Part shown: positions 31,274 through 42,531 of the stretch, one piece after another | How the letters are laid out: each line of letters begins with the position of its first letter | Position numbering within the stretch: the stretch's first letter is position 1 | NCBI GenBank assembly: GCA_963826525.1 | Contig: CAWGXH010000005.1 | Span: 128,001 to 192,000, forward strand | Origin: an uncultured Methanomicrobiaceae archaeon | GTDB lineage: Archaea > Halobacteriota > Methanomicrobia > Methanomicrobiales > Methanoculleaceae | Direction of reading: 5' to 3' | DNA length: 64,000 bases | Made by a program: the position numbers and the translations under genes | Notes under the pieces: model-generated | Databases searched by the model: none | What the model was told of the DNA's origin: nothing | Seen by the model: the letters and a program-made list of their open reading frames with translations, nothing else

Positions 31274-31904
31274 TCATTTCTATCTGAATATCTTTGGGCT
31301 CCGATCCGAAGTGGATGAGAGCGCCGTACCCATCCGAGGCAGGGCCGGGGTTAACGATCTTGACGCCGTCAACTTCGGTGACTCCCCGCGCCTCATGGAT
31401 ATGCGCGCAGCATACGAGGTCGAAACGGTTCATATGTTCTCTGATACTCTGGCTCCCGACATGGTCGTCGCCGACGCTGTCGAGTGCCCCGTACGGCGGA
31501 GCATGCGAGAGCAGAACGTTGTGGACGTTCTTCTCCATCACTCCGACGAGACGTGTCATAATTGTGCCGATCTCTTCTTCGCTCAGTTCAAATGGTGTGC
31601 CGAACGGCGTCTGATTCGAACCTCCAAGGCCGGCAAGGGTGACCTTCCCGAGTGCCATCCACGAGTTGTGGAGGCAGACTGCGTCGGAGTGTTCAAGGAC
31701 GTCGATGATCTCTCGGGGATCACAGTTCCCCGGGACTGCAAAACACGGTACTTCGATGCTGGAAAGCACTGAATCTACAGGCTCAAGTGGACCGAAATTG
31801 GTTATATCGCCTGCTATGATGACTGCATCGTAGTCGTAAATCTGGAAACTCTCGAGTTTCCCGTATTGACCGTGCAGATCTGCTAGGAGTAGCACATCCA
31901 TCAT
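31263..31904 (-). CDS. Calcineurin-like (Icc-related) metallophosphoesterase
   Basis: DLHG, GD, GNCD, SHAPP and AHIHE. Confidence 0.9.
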   Translation of the reverse strand: MMDVLLLADLHGQYGKLESFQIYDYDAVIIAGDITNFGPLEPVDSVLSSIEVPCFAVPGNCDPREIIDVLEHSDAVCLHNSWMALGKVTLAGLGGSNQTPFGTPFELSEEEIGTIMTRLVGVMEKNVHNVLLSHAPPYGALDSVGDDHVGSQSIREHMNRFDLVCCAHIHEARGVTEVDGVKIVNPGPASDGYGALIHFGSEPKDIQIEMISV

Positions 31905-31906
31905 GT

Positions 31907-33034
31907 CTATACATGTGGAGTTCGTCTAAAAAACCTTATCTCATGTTCCATCCACGAACCCGTTATTTTCCCTGCCAGAGCGAGTCGACCGAGTATCTTC
32001 TGCGTTTCCGGCAGCAGCGGGTGGGGCTCGGTCGCGGCAAGCGGTGTTCCCGGGAGCGGCATGAAGTAGTGGACGTGTGCCTGACCGGAGCGCGTGACCG
32101 ACCGTATCAGGTCGACCGTCGCGATCTCGTCCTCCTCGTCCTCTCCGGGAAGTCCGAGGATGAAGTCGACCATCGGCGTGAGCGCGTGCTCCCGGCAGCG
32201 ATCGACGGCGGAGAGAACGTCGCCCACCGTATGTCCGCGCCGGATCTGCCGGAGGATCCGGTCGCTTCCCGACTGGGCGCCGAAGTGCAGCCGGGTATTG
32301 GCGCAGTACTGCACGACGAGCTCGAGGGACCGATCGGTGACGAACTCGGGCCGCACCTCTCCGGGAAACGTGCCGAAGTAGATCCGGTTCTTCAGGCGTG
32401 ACAGCAGGCGCTCCACCCGGTCGAACCGGGGGTGGATGCCGTCGGAACCATAGGCAAAGGCGTTCGGCGTGACGAGGCGGACGTCCCGGAACCGGGCGGT
32501 GGCGGCTGCGATCTCATCGATCGACCGGTGCCGCATACACCTGCCGAAGAGCCTGGGTGTCTGGCAGTAGCCGCAGCCGAACGGGCATCCGCGGCTGATC
32601 TCGGTATAGCCGAAGACCGTCGTGAAGGGGGGGTAGGCATCGAGGAGCACGGTGTGATCGACCGGCGTAAAACCTGATCCGGTAGCGACACCGGGCGGAA
32701 TCTCGTCTCCCCGCTCGAGTGCGGAGATGAGCCGCGGCAGCGTATACTCGCCCTCGCCGACGATGACATAATCCGCATAGGCTGCTACGTCACCGTAGCA
32801 GGCGGATGCGTGCGGGCCTCCGACGATGGTGATGCAGTCCGCACCCGCAATCTCGTCGCGGTACGTCCGCTCGGAGATGGAGGTGAGGCTGTAGCAGGTG
32901 ATATCGCCGGTCGGCTCGCTCACCGAATCGAGACGGTATCCCGCCTGCTCGCAGGCAGCGTAGAGGGCTGCATATGAGTTGTTTGCCGGGGGAATATGAC
33001 GCCAGTTCACCTTCATGGATACAACATTCTCCAT
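31907..33034 (-). CDS. B12-binding-domain radical SAM protein
   Basis: VGGPHAS, GEGE, EISRGCPFGCGYC (CxxxCxxC) and GAQSGS. Confidence 0.9.
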   Translation of the reverse strand: MENVVSMKVNWRHIPPANNSYAALYAACEQAGYRLDSVSEPTGDITCYSLTSISERTYRDEIAGADCITIVGGPHASACYGDVAAYADYVIVGEGEYTLPRLISALERGDEIPPGVATGSGFTPVDHTVLLDAYPPFTTVFGYTEISRGCPFGCGYCQTPRLFGRCMRHRSIDEIAAATARFRDVRLVTPNAFAYGSDGIHPRFDRVERLLSRLKNRIYFGTFPGEVRPEFVTDRSLELVVQYCANTRLHFGAQSGSDRILRQIRRGHTVGDVLSAVDRCREHALTPMVDFILGLPGEDEEDEIATVDLIRSVTRSGQAHVHYFMPLPGTPLAATEPHPLLPETQKILGRLALAGKITGSWMEHEIRFFRRTPHV

Positions 33035-33228
33035 CGGATGCTCGCGGTACTATGGGGTGTGCTCATCAAAAAGTGCTGGCATGGGGGAGGGGAGAGACGG
33101 AGGCGGACAGTCTGGAATGGTTGCGTACACTGACGGCGGGTGATTTTCGGTTGTGGATCGGAGCGTCCCTCGGGCTCCCTGGAATAATAAGGTTAATGTA
33201 CGGCGCTGACGCATACTGGTGAAGGACA

Positions 33229-33977
33229 ATGAAGATTATCGACTTCATGAAGATCTTTGCGAGCGAGAGAAGGATTGAAGTACTGGACGCTCTGGTCAGG
33301 GGAGAGTCGAAGGAGACGATCAAGGAGCATGTCCCACCCTCGACGTACGCGTTCACCATGAATCACCTGAAACAGGCCGGATTTGCTGAGGAACGGGGAG
33401 GGGAAGTAAACCTGACCGATCGGGGGCATGCCTTCCTGGTAATCTTCGAAACCTTCAAAGATAATGTGAGTAACCCTGGAAAGGCTCTTCAAAGCGTTTC
33501 CCGATCACACGATTGCGTTTCCCGATGAGTTCTTCACGCGACTGCATGAGATGGGGGACTTCGAGCTCGTAACCTCCGAACCCTCCAACATCCTTCGGCC
33601 TCATCAGGTTTTTTTCGAAAATATCCGGAGATCGAAGTCCATCATGGGTGTATCCCCCATCATGTTTCCCGATTATGTCAATTTCTTTAACCAGATGGTC
33701 AATTCGCTCGATTCTATCTCCCTTGTCGTCACCGAGGAGGTCTATAAGGGTATCCCCTCCTCATCTGCTCTGGAATCGGAGAAGGTGAATATCTACATCA
33801 TCGATACGCTGCCGCCGATTGCAGCCGCCGTGACCGACCGGTTCGTATCCCTCGGGTTCTTCTATAAGTCGGGCAGCTGATGACTTCACCCGGGATGCCA
33901 TCTCGACATCGCCCCGGGGAATAGCGTTCGGGAATGCTCTCATCGAGCATTACATAAAGCAATCCCGGAAGATCTGA
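33229..33977 (+). CDS. Winged-helix transcriptional regulator, DUF1724-like (frameshifts near 33480 and 33877)
   Basis: ASERRIEVL HTH, LTDRG, GISPI-like motif and VTDRFVSLGFF..G.(Y)D; fragments join across three frames. Confidence 0.7.
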
Positions 33978-34753
33978 ATGACCTGGTAGAGTATCCATTC
34001 CCCGTCTACCAGCGTGTTTCTCAGCACCTCGCAGTTGTTGCAGTAGCGGAGGATGTAAAAGATACTGTGGAGCGAGCTTATCAGTACGATGTCTACGTTC
34101 GCGAGCAGGCCGCACGAGTAGGCATACAGGACGGCCCCGTGCGCCACAACGGTGACCGCAACCAGGAACGTGATGAGCTGGGGTTTCTTGAGCAGTGTGG
34201 GGATGGTTTTAATCCCGGCACGAGCGTCGTTCTCGATGTCCCGCACATCGTAGATGACGGTATTCACGAAACTTTTTGAAAAGAAGAACATATACAGAAG
34301 CACGGCAGGAATCGAGAAGAGTCCGAGGAAAATTACTATGAGCAGAGACCACGTGAACGCGACCACGGCGTTCTTCACTCCTGCGCCGCCCTTCAGTCTG
34401 AACCCCTGTATGCCCTTTGCATAGAGGTATGCGATGAGAAACGGAACGAGGAGAGCAGGATTTGGAAAGAGGATAAGCGATGCGATGGTGCAGAGGATAG
34501 CCGACCAGAGAAGCATCTTTTTGAACAATTTTCCGCGTTCCTCATCTTCTTTGTTGTCGACACCCCTGTCGAAGGCATATGCCGCATACGTTACCAGGAA
34601 TGCAGCGATCACCTGGTTGAGAGGGACTGCATAACCGAGGAGTTCGTAGGCGAACTGTACTTTCAGGCCTCCTGATAGCGAGACTATCAGGATCGAATAG
34701 AGAAGGCTTAACCCTTGCATAAGGATAAATGCAAGTGTCTGAAAATATTCCAA
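33950..34753 (-). CDS. UbiA-family prenyltransferase
   Basis: Multi-TM; Asp-rich motifs YAFDRGVDNKED and NTVIYDVRDIENDARAGIKTIP; KNAVVA. Confidence 0.8.
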   Translation of the reverse strand: MEYFQTLAFILMQGLSLLYSILIVSLSGGLKVQFAYELLGYAVPLNQVIAAFLVTYAAYAFDRGVDNKEDEERGKLFKKMLLWSAILCTIASLILFPNPALLVPFLIAYLYAKGIQGFRLKGGAGVKNAVVAFTWSLLIVIFLGLFSIPAVLLYMFFFSKSFVNTVIYDVRDIENDARAGIKTIPTLLKKPQLITFLVAVTVVAHGAVLYAYSCGLLANVDIVLISSLHSIFYILRYCNNCEVLRNTLVDGEWILYQVIQIFRDCFM

Positions 34754-34909
34754 TCCGGTTGGAAAGATCCAATGGTACTGGATCGCTCCATTTGAATGTA
34801 TTTTTTCAATTCCTCTGAATTAATCCAGTATTATTATACGCAAACGATTTATATTCCTTATTTTTAAACACTATCTTCGGAACACCATGCTTGAACCGGA
34901 GCAGCGGAC

Positions 34910-36001
34910 ATGAATACGTCTCATTCTATGGTCAGCGGGGGGCGTGATCGGGTTTTTTCACCCGGAGAGCCGTACCCGGAGTGCACGCACGAGCAGCTGC
35001 TCTTCCGGTATCTCGACCGGCTCGGCGACGGGATCGTCCTGATCGACCAGGATCAGACGGTCGTATGGATGAACCGCTGCATGGAGAGGCTCTTTTGCCT
35101 CGACAGGATCGATACTCTCGGGATGAATGCGATCGATTTTGTCGCTCTCTGTATCGCGCCGAGGCTGGAGCTCGGGGAGGCGTTCAAGGAGAAGATCATC
35201 GCCGCCTCACTCTTCGGCGAAGAGATCCAGAGCGTTCGGGTGTATATTACGAACCAAAACGCCCCTGTTCTCCCGATCGAGTACTCGAGCCTCCAACTCT
35301 TCGGGAGCAGCCCCCGGTATGCCCGCTGCGATGAGTACCGGATCATCCCGGGCAGAGAACCGCCTGGAGAAGCGCTCCGTAAGAACGAACGGCGCTCTCC
35401 CTTCCTTGCCGCAGACTGCGGCGACATGGTATGCACGCTTGATGCGGAGATGCGGATCACGACTGTGAGCCTCTCCCTGCGGCACCTCCTCGGGTATCAG
35501 CCTTCGGAGATTGCCGGCTCTCCCTTTGAACGGATACTGATGCCCGAATCGATCGACGACTGCCGGAGTCTCGGAGCGATCTGCTCGGGTGACGATGCCG
35601 CGGACGAGGGATCCGCTCTCTCCTTCCTCTCCATGCCGCTGGTATATCGGCGAAGAGACGGCTCTCCTATGCAGCTGGATACCCGTATTCTGGTTCCTGC
35701 GGGAGCGTCAGGTGCACTGCTTCATATCGCCCACTCGAACCCGGGAGGGGATGGCGATGAGGTCAGGAGACGTATCGATGAAAATATCGAGCAGTTTGCA
35801 ACGCTTGCGGACCGGATCAGAAATCCGCTTGCTGCCATTGTGGGGCTCGCCGATCTTGCCGGCGGCGAGGCATCGGAGAAGATCATCCGCCAGGCGCTCG
35901 CCATCGACGCGGTCATCACCGACCTCGACCGGGGCTGGCTCGCGTCGATGAAGGTTCGGGAGTTTTTACGCAAGCACGACCGGTCGGGAGGGAGTATGTA
36001 G
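34910..36001 (+). CDS. Two-PAS-domain sensor with a degenerate HisKA-like C-terminal helix and no ATPase domain
   Basis: DGIVLID..VVWMN and LLGYQPSEIAG PAS motifs; C-terminal LADRIRNPLAAIVG. Confidence 0.75.
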   Translation: MNTSHSMVSGGRDRVFSPGEPYPECTHEQLLFRYLDRLGDGIVLIDQDQTVVWMNRCMERLFCLDRIDTLGMNAIDFVALCIAPRLELGEAFKEKIIAASLFGEEIQSVRVYITNQNAPVLPIEYSSLQLFGSSPRYARCDEYRIIPGREPPGEALRKNERRSPFLAADCGDMVCTLDAEMRITTVSLSLRHLLGYQPSEIAGSPFERILMPESIDDCRSLGAICSGDDAADEGSALSFLSMPLVYRRRDGSPMQLDTRILVPAGASGALLHIAHSNPGGDGDEVRRRIDENIEQFATLADRIRNPLAAIVGLADLAGGEASEKIIRQALAIDAVITDLDRGWLASMKVREFLRKHDRSGGSM

Positions 36002-36232
36002 CCATAGGCCGTTCTCCTGAGTATCCATACTCTGTTCCTCATATGCATGCAGACTCCGGTCAGTCCTTCGTGGTTCGCAGGACGGGGACAACACCTCTCT
36101 TCCCCTCCCGGCACCATTTTTCACTCCGTATCTATTCGGTCTCCTTCCGGGCATGCGAACGTCCCGTTCTACCTGAAACCTTTTCATGCTGTGCCGGTAT
36201 ATCTCCCCGCCGCCTGATGGAGGTGCAATGAG

Positions 36233-36590
36233 ATGCCGTATGAGAAGAACAGCGAATTGCCGAAGACCGGTGCAGGAAGAGCTCCCGGAGCATGCACAGG
36301 ATATCTATCGTGAGGCATTCAACAGTGCCTGGGAGCAGTATGCCGACCCGGGCGAGCGCAGAGACCCGGATGAATCCCGTGAGGCCGTCGCTCATAAAGT
36401 CGCCTGGGCGGCCGTCGAGCGGAAGTACGCGAAAGATTCCAAGACCGGCGAGTGGAAAAGAAGGAAGGGTAGCGAGGAAGGTTCTTCGCCCGGTTCCAGA
36501 GAGATCCGGTGCCGCGTTTACCTGCCGGGTCCTGGGCGACGGTTCGATACGATAAACCCTGTGACGCCGATCCGACCGCGAAGGGACTAG
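36233..36590 (+). CDS. chaB: ChaB family protein (frameshift near 36268)
   Basis: MPY...ELP, LPEHAQDIYREAFNSAW and AHKVAWAAVERKY.K...GEW. Confidence 0.85.
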
Positions 36591-36741
36591 CCGAAGTAAT
36601 CTGCACTCTCTAAAATGAGGCGCCATCAAGAATCCTTTCCTTAAATATGTCCTGAATATTTTTATATAGTATTGATTATATCTTGCGCCCCTTGTGTGAG
36701 GCGAAGTGTCTTCGCCTTGCCGAGATGGAGATGGATGAGGT

Positions 36742-37146
36742 ATGAGAGGAGCTGCAACGAAACGCGAGAAGAGGCCGTCCCTGAGTGGAAGGTTCTCTCT
36801 GCAAGCACGATAAAGAGCGACAGCGTGCGAAACCCGCAGGGTGAAGACCTCGGGAAGATCGAGGAGTTGATGATCGATGTCGAGAACGGCAGGATTGCCT
36901 ATGCCGTGCTCTCCTTCGGAGGCTTTCCTGGGACTCGGCGATAAGTACTTCGCCATCCCGTGGGAGGCGCTCCGTATTGTCCCGCACGAGCATCGGTTCA
37001 TCCTCGATGTGTCGAAGGAGCGGCTCGAGAATGCACCCGGATTTGACAAGAAAAACTGGCCGAAGGCGAGCAACCGCGAGTGGCTGACCGGTGTCTACTC
37101 CTACTACGGCTACGAGCCCTACTGGGAGAGGCGTCGCGAGCAGTAA
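36742..37146 (+). CDS. PRC-barrel domain protein (frameshift near 36925; start uncertain)
   Basis: VLSASTI, VRNPQGEDLGKIEELMID, GRIAYAVLSFGGFLG, AIPWEAL and YYGYEPYW. Confidence 0.85.
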
Positions 37147-37558
37147 TACCCGATTATGAAATCGCTCTGGAGAAATCCCCCCTCGATTCACGCCTGATGT
37201 GTATGGCAGGGCGTGAGGCGATGGGGGCCTCACCGGTGCGACAGAGCCATGACCGGAAAAGTATGATATCCGTCCATTTTTATTTCAGGTATTACGACGG
37301 GGGATTGCCGGGTATGGCGAGGCATTCTCGAAGAACATATCCCCACCTCTGCAATCCCTTCCCGTGGGGGAGCGATGAAGGAGTCGTGCAGCTTGTGACT
37401 GAGATCTGCGTGCCATCTTCCATTTTTGGCGGTCTTTTGGTTTCCCCAACATGGCGCTGAAACGGGGAGATACCTTTAAGTGTGGCGGGAGGCTGTAACT
37501 GTCTCTTCATAGGACAGCGTACTCTGTCCTGCGTTTAGTTGAGCGTGGTGATAATGCT

Positions 37559-37954
37559 ATGACGGCAATGGGCATGGAAATGGAAAAGGTGGTGTATCCA
37601 CAGATAACCACATCAAGGGTAATCACTGGTAAAACGGTAAAAAACCCCGACCAGCAGGTTCTCGGCACCGTTCATAATCTGATACTCGACATAAAGAGCG
37701 GGCGGGTTGCATTTTTCGTCCTCTCGACCGGTGGCATCCTCGGAATCGGCGAGAAGTTCACCCCGATCCCCTGGGAAGCATATTCCGGAGTGATGGAGGA
37801 AGATTCCATCATTGTTGACGTCACCCGGGAGACGCTCGAGAGCGCCCCGAGTTATGACCGGGATGCCTGGGAAGGCATGTACGAACTGAGCTGGCTATCG
37901 CGGGTGTACCAGTACTACGGATTCAGACCCTACTGGGAACCGGTGACGAGCTGA
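37559..37954 (+). CDS. PRC-barrel domain protein
   Basis: GKTVKNPD, GRVAFFVLSTGGILG, PIPWEA and YYGFRPYW. Confidence 0.88.
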   Translation: MTAMGMEMEKVVYPQITTSRVITGKTVKNPDQQVLGTVHNLILDIKSGRVAFFVLSTGGILGIGEKFTPIPWEAYSGVMEEDSIIVDVTRETLESAPSYDRDAWEGMYELSWLSRVYQYYGFRPYWEPVTS

Positions 37955-38175
37955 ATTTTGCCCGGAGTATGTTCCGGGAACGGGCGGCCGAGGACGATCC
38001 GGTCGCCCGAATCTCTGATGCCGGCCTTCCGGGTACGGTGTCCGGGCAGCCGGTGAAGATTCGCTGCTGCTCCTCAAATCCTCTGCAGTTCTCCCGTATT
38101 TTGCTGATACGATACACTTTCGCGCCCCGTCAATACCACTATTATCTCCCGGCACCAATATGATACTGCTGTAGA

Positions 38176-40984
38176 ATGAAGAGTATCGTCATCAAAGGTG
38201 CACGGGAGCACAACCTCAAGAATATCACCCTCGAACTCCCGCGGGACAACCTGATCGTCGTCACCGGCGTCTCGGGGAGTGGAAAATCGACGCTTGCGTT
38301 CGACACCGTCTACGCAGAAGGGCAACGGCGGTATGTGGAGTCGCTCTCCGCGTACGCCCGGCAGTTCCTCGGACTTATGAGCAAACCGGACGTCGACAGC
38401 ATCGACGGGCTCTCCCCGGCCATCTCCATCGAGCAGAAGACTACCTCCAAAAATCCCCGAAGTACCGTCGGAACCGTCACCGAGATCTACGATTACCTGC
38501 GGCTGCTCTTCGCCCGCATCGGGACGCCCTTCTGCCCGACCCATGGGATACCGATCGAGGCACAGTCCCCCGAGAAGATAGCCGACCGGATCGCTGCGGA
38601 GATGCGACGGCACGATCACTATCCTCGCTCCGGTCGTCCGGCAGAAGAAGGGCACGTACCAGCAGCTCTTCAAGGATCTCAACAAGGAAGGGTATACCCG
38701 TGTGCGGGTGAACGGAGAGATCTACCGCACCGACGATGAGATCACGCTCGAGCGATACCGGAAACACGATATCGAGGTCGTCATAGACCGGCTTGACCCG
38801 GCCGACCGGAGCCGGCTCGTCGAGGCATGCGAGAATGCCCTTGCAAAGTCGGAGGGGCTCATCATCGCCGTCGACGAGGAAGGGCGCGAGGAGATCTACT
38901 CGTCCCTGATGGCCTGCCCGCTCTGCGGGATCGCGTTCGAGGAGCTCCAGCCCCGCATGTTCTCCTTCAACAGTCCGTTCGGAGCCTGCGAGGAGTGTAA
39001 CGGCCTCGGGATAAAGATGGAGTTCGACCCGGACCTCATCATCCCGGATAAGACAAAATCGATCGCCGACGGTGCGGTGGCGCTCTACCGGAACTTCCTC
39101 GACGGCTACCGGAGCCAGTACCTCGGTGCCGTTGCAAAACACTTCGGATTCGACATCTTCACCCCGATACAGGATCTGACCGAGCGGCAGTACAACGCCC
39201 TGATGTTCGGGTCTCCCGAGCGGATCAGGTTCTCCATGGAGATGAAGAACGGGGATGCGCACTGGTCGCATGCAGGGACCTGGGAGGGGCTCGCACCCCA
39301 GGCCGAGCGGCTGTACCACCAGACGCAGTCGGAGTACCGCCGCAGGGACCTCGAACGGTTCATGCGGATATCGCCGTGCCCCCGGTGCGGCGGCAAACGG
39401 CTGAAGGAGAAGGTGCTCGCCGTAAAGATCGACGGGATGTCCATCGTCGACGTCACCGATCTCTCCATCACCCGGGCAGGGGGATTCTTCCGGACCCTGA
39501 ACCTCACCGAGAGCCAGCGCGAGATTGCCCGGCAGGTCTTAAAGGAGATCGTCGACCGTCTCGCCTTCCTCGAGACGGTCGGGGTCGGCTACCTCACCCT
39601 CTCCCGGAGTGCGGGTAGCCTTTCCGGCGGCGAGGCGCAGCGGATACGGCTCGCGACCCAGATCGGCTCGAATCTCACCGGGGTGCTCTATGTCCTCGAC
39701 GAGCCCTCCATCGGACTTCACCAGCGGGATAACCATAAGCTCCTCGACACGCTCCGGCGCCTCCGCGACCTCGGCAACACCCTGATCGTCGTCGAACACG
39801 ACGAGGACACGATCCGGAGCGCCGACTACGTCGTCGATATGGGGCCGGGAGCCGGGCTGCACGGGGGAGCGATCGTGGCCGCCGGCACGCCCGAAGAGAT
39901 CGAAAGAAACCCTGAGTCCCTGACCGGGAGGTACCTTGCCGGCGAGCTTGCTATCGAGGTTCCGGAGAAACGTCGGGTGAGCGACCGGTTCATCCGGCTC
40001 CGTGGCTGCCGGGAGAACAACCTCAAGAATATCGACGTCGCGATCCCGATCGGGGTGCTGACCGCCGTCACCGGCGTCTCGGGGAGCGGGAAATCGACGC
40101 TCATCTACGAGACGCTCTATCGCGCCCTGATGCAGCGGCTCCACGCTTCAAGGGAGTCGCCGGGCACGTTCGACGATCTCGTCTTCGACGACGAGATCGA
40201 CAAAGTGATCGTCATCGACCAGAGCCCGATTGGGAGGACGCCCCGGTCGAACCCTGCCACATATACGAAGGTCTTCGACGAGATCCGGAAGGTCTTTGCC
40301 GAGGCGAAAGAGGCGAAGGTCCGCGGCTACAAACCGGGCAGGTTCTCCTTCAACGTCAAGGGCGGGCGCTGTGAGGCATGCCAGGGCGAAGGGCTCATCA
40401 AGATAGAGATGAACTTCCTCCCCGACGTCTACATCGACTGCGAGGAGTGCAAGGGAGCACGGTACAACCGGGAGACGCTCGAGGTGCGGTACCGCGGCAA
40501 GTCGATAGCCGACGTTCTTGCCATGAGCGTGGAAGAGGCGATGGCGCTCTTCGAAAACATTCCTTCCATCAGGAACAAGCTCGAGACGCTCTCGAGAGTC
40601 GGGCTCGGCTATATCAAGCTCGGGCAGAGCTCGACGACGCTCTCGGGCGGCGAGGCGCAGCGGATCAAACTGACCCGCGAGCTCGCCAAGCGTGCGACCG
40701 GGAAGACGATATACCTCCTCGACGAACCCACTACCGGGCTTCACTTTCACGATGTGAAGAACCTGATCGCCGTCCTCGACGACCTCGTTGCCCGTGGGAA
40801 CACCATGGTGGTTATCGAGCATAACCTCGACGTCATCAAGTCGGCCGACTATATCATCGATCTCGGGCCCGAGGGCGGGGAGAGCGGCGGCGAGATCGTC
40901 GCGGCGGGAACGCCCGAGACGGTTGCGAGCGTCGACGAAAGTTATACCGGACAGTATCTCAGACAGATTCTTGCAGGACAATGA
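38176..40984 (+). CDS. uvrA: Excinuclease ABC subunit A (frameshift near 38605)
   Basis: [18 protein letters not shown] twice, LSGGEAQRI twice and Zn fingers. Confidence 0.97.
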
Positions 40985-42531
40985 TCGATCGTGCGCGGAT
41001 TCCGGAGGACCCCGGCTGCTACCTCTTCTCGGACAGAGAGGGCACCATCATCTACATCGGCAAGGCGAAGAACCTGAAGAAGAGGGTCTCGAGCTACTTC
41101 CAGAAGCGCGACCTCGACGCCAAGACGCGGAGAATGGTGGACACTGCCGTCTCCGTCGATTTTATCGTCACCGACACCGAGGTCGAAGCGCTCCTCCTCG
41201 AGAACACCCTCATCAAGAAGCACCGGCCGAAGTTCAACATCGACCTCAAAGACTCGAAGGGCTACGCCTACATCCGGGTCACCGACGAGCCCTTCCCGCG
41301 TATCCATACCAGCCGGACGGCGGCAGGAACCGGGTCGTTCTACGGGCCGTTCGTCTCCGGCCGGGAGCGTGAGGAGATCCTGCGGCTCCTCAAAACCACA
41401 TTCCGCCTGCGATCGTGCAGGCACTCCCAAAACGGGCGTGCCTGCGGGCTCATATCGGGTCGTGCAGCGCTCCCTGTGTCGGGAAGATAACCGAGGAGGA
41501 GTACGCCGAGGGCGTCCGACGGGCGGAGGCGGTGCTGAAAGGGAATATCGTCGGGCTCATCCAGCACCTGCGGGTGGAGATGGCCGAACGGGCAAGCGGC
41601 GAAGAGTTTGAGAAGGCACTCGAGCTCCGCGACCAGATCGCCGCGCTCGAACGGCTGACCGAGCGGCAGAATGTGCAGCGGCAGAAGACCTACGACGAGG
41701 ACGTGATCAACTATATCGAGAGCGAGGGGACGGTTTACCTCATGCTCTTCAACGTTCATCTGGGGATGCTCGCCGAGAAGCACGAGTTCGTCTTCGAGTA
41801 CGCCGAAGGTTTCTTCGAAGAGTTCCTTGCCCGGTACTACGCGGAGCGGGAGCCGCCGAAGGAGCTGATCCTGCCGGAATCGGTCGACGAGTCGATCGTT
41901 GACTACCTCTCGCACCTCCGGGGGAACCGGGTGCGGGCGACCGTTCCCCGGCGGGGGGAGAAGAAGAAACTCCTCGACCTCGTCCGGAAGAACGTCGAGA
42001 TCGGGTTCTTCGGCGACCGGATAAAACTCGAGGCGCTCCGGGAGCTCCTGTGCCTTCCTCGAGCTGCCGAACGTCATCGAGTGCTTCGATATCTCCCACC
42101 TCGCCGGAACGGCGATGGTCGGCTCGATGGTGCAGTTCCGGGGGGGGAAGCCGGACAAGCGGAATTACCGGCGGTTCCGGATACGCTCGGTGAAGGGGGT
42201 CGACGACTTTGCGGCGATGGCCGAGGTCGTGCGAAGGAGGTATGCACGCCAGCGGGACGAGGGCGGGGAACTCCCCGACCTGATCGTCGTCGACGGCGGA
42301 AAGGGGCAGCTCTCGGCGGCGACGGCGGAGCTCGAAAACCTCGGGCTGCATCTCCCCGTCATCGGGATAGCAAAGCGCGAGGAGGAGATCTACGTGCCCG
42401 GAGAGCCTGACCCCCTCCCCCTCGACCGGCGGGAGAAGGCATCCCTCTTCATCCAGGAGATCCGGGATGAAGCGCACCGGTTTGCACTGGCATACCATAA
42501 AACGCTCCGGAAGAAGGCGATGGTATCATGA
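40981..42531 (+). CDS. uvrC: Excinuclease ABC subunit C (frameshifts near 41430 and 42055)
   Basis: GIY-YIG motif PGCYLF..IIYIGKAKNL, ECFDISHL, DGGKGQ and RDEAHRFA. Confidence 0.95.

Noticed and set aside
37175-38060. GC-rich hairpins after the PRC-barrel genes as novel ncRNAs
   Set aside because: Similar isolated hairpins occur in many intergenic gaps of this GC-rich window. They show no shared sequence or promoter support.
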